Assembly (NCBI GenBank): GCA_964016885.1
Contig: OZ024741.1
Location: forward strand, 22,816,001-22,880,000
Direction: 5' to 3'
DNA length: 64,000 nt
From: Eledone cirrhosa
Taxonomy: Eukaryota
This document shows, piece after piece, positions 53,895 through 64,000 of this stretch. Numbering within the stretch: position 1 is the stretch's first letter; every line of letters begins with the position of its first letter. A model generated the notes under the pieces. That model searched no databases. It had not been told where the DNA came from and worked only from the letters and a program-made list of their open reading frames with translations. The position numbers were made by a program, and so were the translations under genes.

Positions 53895-54340
53895 ACTGAA
53901 AAGTGGTTGTGTAGGAGACACGGTAAAAAGGCTTCCAGTCCATACTGTAAATGTGGTTGGTGTTAGGAAGGGCATCCAGCCATAGAAAACCTGCCAGAAA
54001 CAGTTCTGTTCGAGTGAGACACGGTCACCCGACCAATCTTGCCTCAAGTGGGAAAACTCATCTGACCCATGCTAACGTGGAAGATGGACGTTAAACGATG
54101 ATGACTGGAGAGTCACTCCAGGTAGAGCCGCTACTTCTCCGATACTATGGACATGTGGTCAGAATGTCTCAGGAAAGAATAACTGGACAGATTTTACAGG
54201 CAAAATCAACTGAGCAAGATGGTTGGATAACATCCATGGGCTTGGCTGATCTTGCTTGGAGATCCAACCAGATCAATTGGAGATGGTTGCTTCAGACAGG
54301 ACTCACTGGAAGGAGTGTTTGAGGACTCTGCCCCCAAATT
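53895..54340 (+). mobile_element. RTE-type 3' tail (to ~54103) followed by a second-family RTE 3' fragment
   Basis: Tail motif plus SLQVEPLLLRYYGHVVRMSQERI. Confidence 0.78.
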
Positions 54341-54378
54341 GGTATGTGGTAAAGACAGTTACATTTATCAACATACCA

Positions 54379-54410
<32 letters not shown>

Positions 54411-54654
54411 CGACGTAATTTTTTGATGTCTAAAGAAAATTAATTGTCGCAGGAATACTAGCACTTAAAATGAAATTTTGTCAAAGATAGATTAGCAAAA
54501 TTTCAAAAGTGGGGGAGTTGGAGGGGAGTGTTGGAAAAAATCTGAAAAATAAATGGGGAAGGACGAGACCCAAGAGTACTTAAATATGCATTGTACCTGA
54601 TAGTTGCCAGTCATACAAAAGGTGGAATACCTTGATAGAGAAAGTCTGAGTATA

Positions 54655-54960
54655 CAGTGGAACCTCGGCTCACAAACTTAATTCATTCCTAAAGGCCGTT
54701 CGCAACCTGAAATGTTCGTAAGCCCGAATTATTTGCCCATACAAAATATTGAGAGAGACTGTGTATGAAAGACAGATAGATATCACCATAGTAACTAACT
54801 ACACAACACGCAACACTATCTCGTTCATACTCCCAGCTTGTCGCCATCCTTTGTTGTCGACTTGCGCGTTTGTTACTCGAGACGCCGTTCGTGAACTGAG
54901 ACGTTTTATGTTGGGAAAAATGTTTGTGTACTGATTTGTTCGTGATGCGAGGTTCCACTG
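54655..54960. mobile_element. Tc1/mariner-pogo (Tigger-like) MITE
   Basis: TIR CAGTGGAACCTCG / CGAGGTTCCACTG with TA on both sides. Confidence 0.9.
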
Positions 54961-55004
54961 TACTAATTTTTACATATCTTTATTCTCTTTTACAAGATCG
55001 GTCG

Positions 55005-55412
55005 GAGTCCGTAAGACAATTCTCCAAGGGACAATGTGAGGAAAGAGAAGGTGGAGGCTACTGGGGGAAACAGTGGACAGACAGCTGAGTGGACTGGAAA
55101 CAACTTAGCCACAACTCAAGCACTCACCCATGACCGCCAGGAATGGGGACAGTTGGTGCAGCATTCAACACTGCAGTGTCCCAACGACCCCTTTAGCATT
55201 TACATTACTCTATATATAATAAAGGCTTTACTGCACATAAAATCTCACATAGTATTGAATCTACGAGATTTTGATATTATTTATTTTGAGAACAATACCT
55301 TAACATCAGTATGGATGACCAGTTATGGCTGATTTGAATAGAAAGAAGTGAGAGAATTATGGTCAGCAATGGCCGGTTTAAATGCTAAAGGGTTAAGGGA
55401 TCATGTTGATGA
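55005..55412 (+). mobile_element. RTE 3' fragment interrupted by reverse MITE A (55189-55392)
   Basis: KTILQGT..EWTG..DRQEWGQLV; MITE TIRs with TTAA at the right end. Confidence 0.7.
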
Positions 55413-55651
55413 TTCGTTTTTATATTAAATTAATCTATATTTACAATATATCTCCTTATTAAAAACACGAGTGCGTTTAAGTTTTATATTTTATATCTAC
55501 GGTGGTCCGCTATTTATTAATGTTTACAGAATTAATTACGTTTGGATGAAAATATTTTTAATTGTTGTTTTTAATTAAAAAAAATACTTATTTAAAGTCA
55601 ATAAGAGACGAATATAAATGTTTCAAGAAAGTAAAAAATAAACGCATATTG

Positions 55652-56013
55652 AAGGCACTCAGTCGGTTACGACGACGAGTGTTACAGTTGATCTGATCAA
55701 CGGAACAGCCTGCTTGTGAAATTAACGTGCAAGTGACTGAGCATTCCACAACGGAACAGCCTGCTTGTGAAATTAACGTGCAAGTGACTGAGCATTCCAC
55801 AAACACGCGTACTCTTAATGTAGTTCTCAGGGAGATTCAGTGTAACACAGAATGTGACAAGGCTGGCCCTTCGAATTACAGGTACAACTTATTTTCACCA
55901 GTTGAGTGGACTGGAGCAACGTGAAATAAAGTGTCTTGCTCAAGGATACAACACACCACCGGGAATCGGACTCACGACCTTACGATTGTAAGCCTTAAAG
56001 CCTCACGCCTTCA
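55652..56013 (-). mobile_element. tRNA-SINE sharing head/centre with the 20425 family but with a different body, with an internal ~53-bp duplication
   Basis: gtgaaataaagtgtcttgctcaagga centre and degenerate tRNA head at the right end. Confidence 0.75.
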
Positions 56014-56057
56014 CTAAACGATTTGTTAACAAAATACATAACAAAACTTACAAAGTT

Positions 56058-56388
56058 TTATTCACAGTTATATAAAGAACATTATAAATTGTTCACAGAA
56101 ACATATAATAAATACAATTAACTATTGCTAGGAACCTCACAAATATAACACACCAAAATATATTATCAGAGCGAGAGAAAGAAGAAAAACGGAAAGAAAA
56201 ACAACTATTAAGTGTGACAATCGGTCACACATCACACCACAAGGGTCAACAGAAATTTTTGAGGCAAGCCAACAATCTCACAGTATTTTTTCTTCTCTCG
56301 CTTTGATAATATATTTTTGTGCATTATATTTGTAAGGTTCCAAGCAACAATTAATTGTATTTATTATATATGTTTATATTTTCATATA
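56058..56388. mobile_element. Foldback-like element: ~100-bp inverted arms around a ~90-bp spacer
   Basis: 56100-56190 is the reverse complement of 56285-56375. Confidence 0.7.
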
Positions 56389-56724
56389 AGTATGTATATG
56401 TACATACATATATGTATACAGACGTACAGTAGTATGTATATATATACATACATGCACACATATATATATGTACGTATGGGTTTACCGAACATTTATTATA
56501 GTAAACAAACCGCCCGAATTAAGCCGTACAGTGTTCAGCAACCATCGTCGTCCTTTTTGTTCAACACTGCTTATTAACTATCGTCAGCATCGTATACCTT
56601 CCTGTCAGATGATTGAACGTTTGAAAGTTTATACTTTCCTTATGCATATTAACGGCTGAGCAGCCTAATTTGCATATCGAGTGAGTTAGTCGGCCGGGCG
56701 TACCGAAAACGATATATTCCCATT

Positions 56725-57240
56725 CTGTAAGAATTACTGCGGGTGATGGCGAGGCTAAGGCGCTGAAACAACCAAGTACTCTCGCATATATCACTTGACA
56801 CCATGGTAAGGTAAGCCGCCAACGATGACAAGAACTTTGTTGCCAGCGGCCCAGATCCACCAAAACGTCTGAAATGTCACAAGCTGTAAAAAATAGTTAT
56901 TTGATAGTTCCTGATATTTTAGGGTTTTATTCCGTTCGGTAACGGAAGCAGTGACCCTCACATTTACTGCGACATCCATGATGTAGTAGGGAGCAAAAGA
57001 GTCACTGACTGTGGTGTCCCAGATGAGACATCTGCCTCTTACCCAGGGACAAAAGGTAAAACCATCTGGTCTCTTCCCATCAATTCTGGGTAATCCAGCC
57101 AGCTCCAGAACTGAGGGAATATTTACCCAAGCTAGGGCCCGGTTAATGATCAAGTTTAGCTCGGTGTGGTGAGTAAAACGACCGGCATTCGGACGACAGG
57201 ACAAACCATGTAGTCCTGTGGAGTCCATTACATTTGCGGT
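56725..57240 (-). mobile_element. CRE-clade retrotransposon C-terminal fragment (zinc knuckle plus restriction-like endonuclease)
   Basis: GLHGLSC..GRFTHH..DGKRPDG..WDTTV..K..KY..FQRLSLAI. Confidence 0.88.
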
Positions 57241-57559
57241 TCCTAGCAATAATTATTTGTATTTATTATATATGTGTTTATATTTTCATTTTGTAAGAAC
57301 TATAAACAATTTGTAATATTATTTACACAATTGTGAACTTTGGAAAATAAAATTATTCTTCATCTCTATAATGTTATTCACCTCTCGACTTGAGCACTAC
57401 CTCACCTGTAACATATTTTATCCACCCTGGAAAGATGAAATATAAAGTTGACCTCAGTGGGATAAATGATACTAAATAGATTCTGGAAGTATTTTCATTG
57501 ACAATCTAACGATTCTGCAAATTCATCAAACACACATTGTATGTATGTATACTCAAAAT

Positions 57560-57925
57560 AAGCAGGAATACATTCGTTCCATACACTGAGATTCTTAATA
57601 GGGCAAAAGTTACATCTCAAACTATGCTTATTAAAAATCAGTTAAGATGGCCAGGTCACATAATTCGTATGGGCGACGGACGCATCCTCAAGAAAATGTT
57701 TTATGGCGAACTGAAGCTGGGTAAAAGGCTAAATAGTAAGCAAAGGAGGAGATACAGAGAGTCAAAAGGCAACTTAAAATGTCTTAACATATCCTACAAA
57801 AATCTTGAATCATGTGCAACAGATAGAGAAGCCTGGAAAATTGCCATTTGGAATGGAATTAAATCATTTGAAATGGAGAAGGTAAAACATGCAGAACTGA
57901 AAATAAAAATGCAGAAGAATGAGTC
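57560..57925 (+). mobile_element. RTE/BovB-like ORF C-terminal fragment; its C2H2 finger resumes at ~59352-59452
   Basis: QLRWPGHIIRM.D.R..K..FYGEL..GKR..DREAW; after the CRE insert, FKCPVCPKVGLSDTGWKSHQQVH*. Confidence 0.8.
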
Positions 57926-59290
57926 AACTGTAGTGACCCCCAAAGAGGATGTCCTCATCCTCGGGTCACCGATCCACCCACCGGCCATCCGCTCCACCAT
58001 CAGGTCCAGGCTCCAACAACTCCAGACCCTCACGAGCCGAGAGGGCTTGATCGACGGCCACCCAGCTCTCTTTCTGTTGAGGAACTGCTTCGCCATGCCG
58101 AAGCTCCTCTATACCCTTCGCAGCACTCCGTGATACAGCCACGCATCTCTCCTCGCTGACCTCGATACTTGTATCCGAGCAGCAGCCGAGGAGATATGCA
58201 ACGTCAGGTTTGACGACATTGGATGGCAACAGGCCACTTTACCTGTCAGGTATGGCCGCCTTGACCTCCGGTCCCTGTTTTCACTGGCTTTGCCAGCGTT
58301 TCTTTCGTCGGTAACCTCATGCCGCGTCCTCATCAGCAGGGTTCTCCAAAATACAACAGAACCCTCTGTGTTCAGGGAACGTGAGGCCGCCTGTGAGACA
58401 TGGGACCGGCTGGGAGTTAGCCCAGTAGACGTCCCTCCTCCTTCTCCCCCTGCTGATGTCAAGTCCCCCCCCCCCCAAAGCATTTGGGATGCCATCCTGT
58501 GCAGCCTGGCTTCAGACACGCTAGCACCACCTTGCCTGTTTTCGTACTGCCTCCAAACCCGACAGTGGTGCCTGGCTCCATGCCTTGTCCTCCGTTTCTA
58601 CTGGCACGCAGCTAGATAACAAAAGCCTGCGCATCAGTGTTTCCTTGAGGCTCAACCTCCGGATCTGCAAGCCACACCAATGTCGCTGTGGACTCTTTCG
58701 GCCTCCACTCGCTTTCCTGTCGACACACTGCCAGCCGCCTTCCACGCCATGCTGCCCTCAAGGAGGTCATAAAGCATGGCTTGGACGCTGCAGGCTTCTC
58801 TTCCCAGCTCGAGCCGGTGGGACTGTACCGAATTGACTGCAAAAGGCCAGATTGCATGACCATCTTCCCGTTCCGCGGTGGCAAACCCCTCGTTTGGGAT
58901 GCCACTTGCACCGACACTTTCTGCAGCCGCAACCTGGTGCAGTCTGCGACTAACCCAGGTTCTGCTGCACGTCGGGCTGAAGAGGCCAAACTCTCCAAGT
59001 ACCGGTCACTCTCCGACAGGTTCACGGTCGTGCCCTTGGTAGTGGAGACTTCTGGTGTCTTCGGCCCTAGGGCTACCTCCCTACTCACCACCATAGGTGC
59101 TGAGCTGGCCAGCCGCAGGTGTGAACCCCGCGAGTTGGAATGGCTTTTCCAGCGCATCTCCCTTGCCGTCCCCCGGGGAAATGCCTTCTCCATTCTGTCC
59201 ACCGGGGCTGTGGGGAGGCCAGCAATATGATTGACTGACTTGTCATTTTATCAGTCAGATTTATTTATAATTTACATCGTTATAATCCAT
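57926..59290 (+). mobile_element. 5'-truncated, frameshifted CRE-clade non-LTR retrotransposon (post-RT region, zinc knuckle, RLE), GC-rich
   Basis: ILGSPI..PKLLYTLR..QATLPVR.G.L.LR..CRC..GLHSLSC..RH..KRPD..WDATC..K..KY..VET.G..FQRISLAV.RGNA. Confidence 0.92.
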
Positions 59291-59807
59291 TCTATCTCAC
59301 CCTCTACTCTCTTCTCTCTCTATATATAATATTCTTTCCATAATGATGAATCTTATCCAGCGTTGGGTTTCAAATGTCCTGTGTGTCCTAAGGTGGGCCT
59401 TTCGGACACTGGTTGGAAGTCACACCAACAAGTACATTATGGTAAAGTCTAAGTTGACTAAACTTCGTTGCAGAGAATCAGTTCCTGTGTTATGTTTGTC
59501 AGATAATTTGTAAATCAGGTGGATTGAAGCGACATCTGAATAAATAAACACGAAGTGGAACCAAGAACGAAATGAGACATCATTGTATTATTTGTGGACA
59601 GGTCTTTCGCTGGCTTTTAAGATTCAAAAGCCATTTGAGATCTCATGCCAGGAAGGAACAGACATAAAGTGCAAGAAGCGGTCAAGCTTTGTATGCAGCA
59701 GACGACCTTCGTGCATGCACACATGTATGCATATGTGAATGTATGTGTGTGTGTGTGCGTATGCATGTGTGTATGTATGTACGTGTGTATGTATGTATGT
59801 ATGCACG

Positions 59808-60893
59808 TATGATAGTACCGCGATGACATTTTAGACAACTGCTGATGACATGGGTGACATCTTCGATGTTAATTCTGCAGAGTCTGCACTTGTTATCACA
59901 TCTAGGTGTTTTGCCTGCATCCCTATCTCTTTTGTGAATCAGGTATTTCGTGTTAATTTCCTGTTCTTGGGTTGCAAAAGCGTATCCTTCAAAGTGGGAG
60001 CCAATATAGCAGTTGTTGGTCCAAGATAGACTACTTTCCTTATCTATATTACTATGACTCTGGAGCTTCCTGGCAACATATCCATGCATAATTTTTCCCT
60101 GGATGTGAGTTTTTGATGATCACACAGGGAATATCTCTCGAGGAGTTCCTTCCCAACTCTCATGATTTTATCTGTTTCATACAGATAGACTTGCTCGAGA
60201 GACGGGCTCTTACGCTTCGAGATTCGTAGATGTTGTTGGAGGGATATGATGCGACATTCAAATGTTGTCTGGACTGATGTTAGGCCTCTGCCTCCCTGCT
60301 TACGTTTCAAGTAAAGGCGGTCTATGTCACTGTTGATGTGGAAGTTTCCGGTGTTGTTTAGTATTTTTCGAGTTCTAACATCAACTGCTCGGATTTCGTC
60401 TATCGTCCAATTGAGTATTCCAAACGTTGGTGTTAGGACAAGCACAGCAAACACATTGAGCCACTGTTTTGTTTTGCGCAGAGAGTTCCGATGACCAAAT
60501 CTTTCTTAATCGGGTGTAGTATTCCCTGGTTACGCGTTACTTATTACAGATACCATTATAGGATATGTTCTCATCTATCCCCAGGTATCTGTAGCAGTCC
60601 TCATCAGATATCGGTGAAACAGTTAGGCCACTGATGACAATGTTGCTAGATTGGGTTGTTGTTTTTCCCCGCTTTTACAGTCATATATGAGCATTTATCT
60701 TGGCCAAACTCCATTCCTATATCCTTTGAGAACGTTGTAACTAGGTCAAGATTTTTCTTCATCCCATCCATGTCTTGGCATAGAGTTTCAGATCATCCAC
60801 AAAGAAATTATGGGTTAGGTTCGTATTTCTGTCCTCCTGTGAGCCAATGATGTATCCTTCACATTTCTTGAGCAGAAAGGACAAGGGGTTTAA
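59808..60893 (-). mobile_element. R4/Dong-like non-LTR fragment (RT FVDD motif to CCHC)
   Basis: NPLSF..THNFFVDDLKLY..FGQDKC..YRYLG..RLYLKRKQGGRGL..QEQ..CRLC..EDVTHVISSC. Confidence 0.88.
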
Positions 60894-60999
60894 TGTATGT
60901 ATGTATATATATACACATGTACATATGTATGTATATGTATATGTGTATATACATGGATGCATGTGTATGTATATGCGCGGGGACATAGAAATAGTCAGG

Positions 61000-61325
61000 C
61001 TGGACACCCGATCGCTCGGTTAAACCACTGGGAGTGAAGGATCCCTAGCCTTTGTCAGAGCATTCTTCTAGGAGAAGGCAACTCAGGAAACTGGGATAAC
61101 TCCGATATAAAACCTGCGGCTCAGTAGTAACCGATGATGTTGATCTTTTTTTCTTTTCGGGTTATAGCTACTGTCGCTCAGAGAGTGGGATTGGCTCAGT
61201 GCACAGTCTTTCCTCACTTTAAAAAATATCTTCACGCACAGGCATTGCACGATAGAATTAATTAATAATTATGAATAATGGTACATCGTGCAATGGCCAT
61301 ACTCGATAACGAGGGGGCAGCCATC
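61000..61325 (+). mobile_element. Possible RTE-type 5' UTR fragment
   Basis: ctaggagaaggcaactc..taaaacctg motif recalled from RTE 5' ends; non-coding and flanked by microsatellites. Confidence 0.35.
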
Positions 61326-62254
61326 ATGTATATATTTACGTATGTGTGTATATGCACGTGTGTGTATGTATATGTGTGTTGTGTGGATCCATCTGTTTGG
61401 ATGCTCGCGTATGTTTAGGAACGCGTGTAAATGAAAGAATATGAGAAAACTATAAAGCTAGTAAAACCTCTCATTATTCACAATATAATAATTGTTTCTA
61501 CTTTAGACACAAGGTCAGAAATTTTGGGCCGTTGTCCGCGGAAACACCTTTGCAGTTTTGTCTGCCGGGTGCAGCCAAAACACCGCCCCGACCTAGCCAC
61601 AGAGCCTGTCATCCTCTCTCTTTCTTCTGTGGCTTAATAATCCTTGCTCTTTCCCTCCTTTTCTTCTCATTTATGGCATTTATAGTCCTTTCCTTTACAG
61701 CCAGATCTGCCCTTCTTCATCCCTTCACCTAGTACTTGACTTGTACTCTAATTTATCGACCATGCAAGGATGAAAGGTAAAGTTGACCTCGACGGGATTT
61801 GAACTCAATACCTATAGAACTGGAACAAATACTACACAGTATTTAGTCCGACACTTTAACATCTCTTTGTAATAATAATAACCACATCAAAATTTTACAC
61901 CCAGTGAAAAACCGTTGTGTCTTTTTTTAAAATAAAATTAATGAACTTTACGAAGCTGTCAACGCTCTAGATTTAGTACATATACGTCCAAATAACCTTT
62001 TAAAATATAGAACAAAAGGAAGAAGATATGAAAATTCTAATAACTCAAGTGTTAGAGACTAAAAAAATAAATATTTACTCTATACCAATTTAATTCGTCC
62101 ATAACGACCCACACTTCGTGGTTTATATTATGGGGATTTTAAAACTGTTCAAATCTTTGAGGCAGGTGTCATGTCCCAGTGTTTGATATTCTCTGAATCA
62201 GAGAAGCATTTGTTGTGGCTATTTTAAACATTTGATGGGTGTTTTAAGTCATTT

Positions 62255-62675
62255 TGTAGCGCTCTCTAGACAGGAAGTAGCTGGAATTACTTCCCGTTGA
62301 GGTTGCAGAACCTTCTTAGGGATTTCCGTCCAGGGAACTATAAAAGGAGAGAGCTGAAAGCTATCACCCTCTCATTTCACCTTTCGGCTGCTGGCCTTCG
62401 GCCAGGCGCGTTCCGCCGAAGGTATACTCTCTCGCTTCCTGACCAGTGAAAATGTAAACAACTAGCTTTCTTCGTGAAATCACTAGCCAACATGTAACAC
62501 AACAACAATAACCACGGCCTGGCAACACTTCAGCCAGTGGACCGTGTCTTCTGAAATCCTTAATTCATTCTTTCATCTCTCTTGACATGTCAGCTATTAA
62601 GCTCTACTCAGCTCAATCTTCGTAAATAAAAAATGTACATACAACCCAGTGTCCTGTTATAATTGGTGACCCCGA
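62255..62675 (+). mobile_element. LTR (62255-62661) followed by a tRNA-Trp primer-binding site (62664-62675)
   Basis: TGTAGC...GTTATA imperfect inverted ends, TATAAAAG at 62339, AATAAA near 62626, then TGGTGACCCCGA. Confidence 0.8.
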
Positions 62676-64000
62676 GAAAAAAATAATAGGATCTGGTGTT
62701 GTGTGAATATGGAAAAAAGAAAATTAATTAGCAGTATTTCAAAAAAAGAAAAAATTCCTCTAACAACATTCCACATGGATTTTTTTTCTCCGAAACTGTC
62801 TACAACGAAAAATATAAGTAATCTTTTCCTCAGCAGCAAACAAACAAGAACAAATTTTGCTTTTCACCTCACGTGTTTACATCGTTTAAATGTGTTTCAC
62901 TCACTGGATATATCCTTCGTCCGTCTCACAACGAACACTCAAAAAGACTTGGACTCCTGTATTCTTATATTCAACATGTCAATTTTGATGAACATCACAG
63001 CTCGCTTACTCATTCAACTAAGCCTTTTCATCACTTTCAAAAAAAAATTTGAACTCTCGCCATATACAAAGCGAATATAGCCTTTCCTTCTTTTTCATCA
63101 TGTTGTCCCGTTCACACACAAAATTTTCAAAATGGCTGCCGGCGACCTGTTCCTCTGTCATTTTCCCGCCATTTTCTCGCGCAATAGAAATATATTTTTT
63201 TTCAACTTGACTTTAACCTTGTTTCGGCACGTGTGGGAGCACACATCTCGACTCACTGAGATAACACACGCCATAGATAATGTTTCTTGCCAAGGATTCT
63301 CCAGCCTTAAGCTATATTCTCCTATTTGCCGGTTTAAAAATTTACCTCGTAAATTTGCCGTTGAAAACTGCGCATTTATTCGGAATGCTTATTTCTATGG
63401 TCGCTGGCCTCTTGACCCTTCCAGCTCAACGCGTTCTCAACATCGACCATCAACTTTGGCTGTTATTTCTAGCACTTTGCGCAACTCATTTTTTCTGGGA
63501 AACAACACAGCTTCATCTTTGCTTTATCAACAACCAAAACCAGCAGAACAAAACACAGAGAATTTATTTTTGCAGCAATCTTCCTGTGAGAAAATCCCAC
63601 CGCCTTCGGAGGTTGGGAATTTCACGTTGTACCACAGTCCAGAAACCACCTGCATACATTCTCTGGAACACACTCTTTTTCCTGGTGTCATGTGATTGCA
63701 CACCTGTGAACTTTATTTTTGAACATTTGAATTTTTTTTTCTTTTTAATAACTATGTTCGAACACGTTTCTTTGCTCCTTTGACCTCTTCTTTTAGGTTG
63801 ATTGCATTGTATCTTTGTGTGATAGATATATGTCCAGTCGTTCTCTGGCCAAGAGCGGTTGGCTACCTTGATATCTATCATTAATTTTTACATGCTCATT
63901 TTGCTATTTGCTTGCTCATGTTTTGTTCATTCATGTTCTTGTACCTTTTGCCTTGCTCCTCGTGTTCTCACTACAATGATTTCATTTGGTCATTCGACTT

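Noticed and set aside
63132-63881. Overlapping ORFs as gag or a host gene
   Set aside because: No CCHC, protease or other recognisable motif.

Overview
AT-rich, repeat-dominated animal DNA. The SINE, RTE and MITE repertoire suggests an octopus-like cephalopod, which is an inference. Most long ORFs in the track are tandem-repeat artefacts. One real spliced host gene is missed by the ORF track: a minus-strand FAM134/RETREG-like ER-phagy receptor with exon 1 at 46935-46790, exon 2 at 22594-22488 and a probable exon 3 at 20161-20101. Its ~24-kb first intron holds a 9.9-kb triplet-periodic (ACC-derived) array, and an 18.6-kb 42-bp minisatellite lies further downstream. The rest is nested transposon debris: RTE LINEs (one with a PHD finger inside the RT domain, one 5'-inverted), CR1, CRE and R4/Dong fragments, two tRNA-SINE families, TTAA piggyBac-type MITEs, a pogo-type MITE, a non-autonomous Helitron, a foldback family fused to CRE fragments, and an LTR with a tRNA-Trp primer-binding site. 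Several minisatellites visibly arose from pieces of retroelements. All of this was read by eye; no database searches were run.
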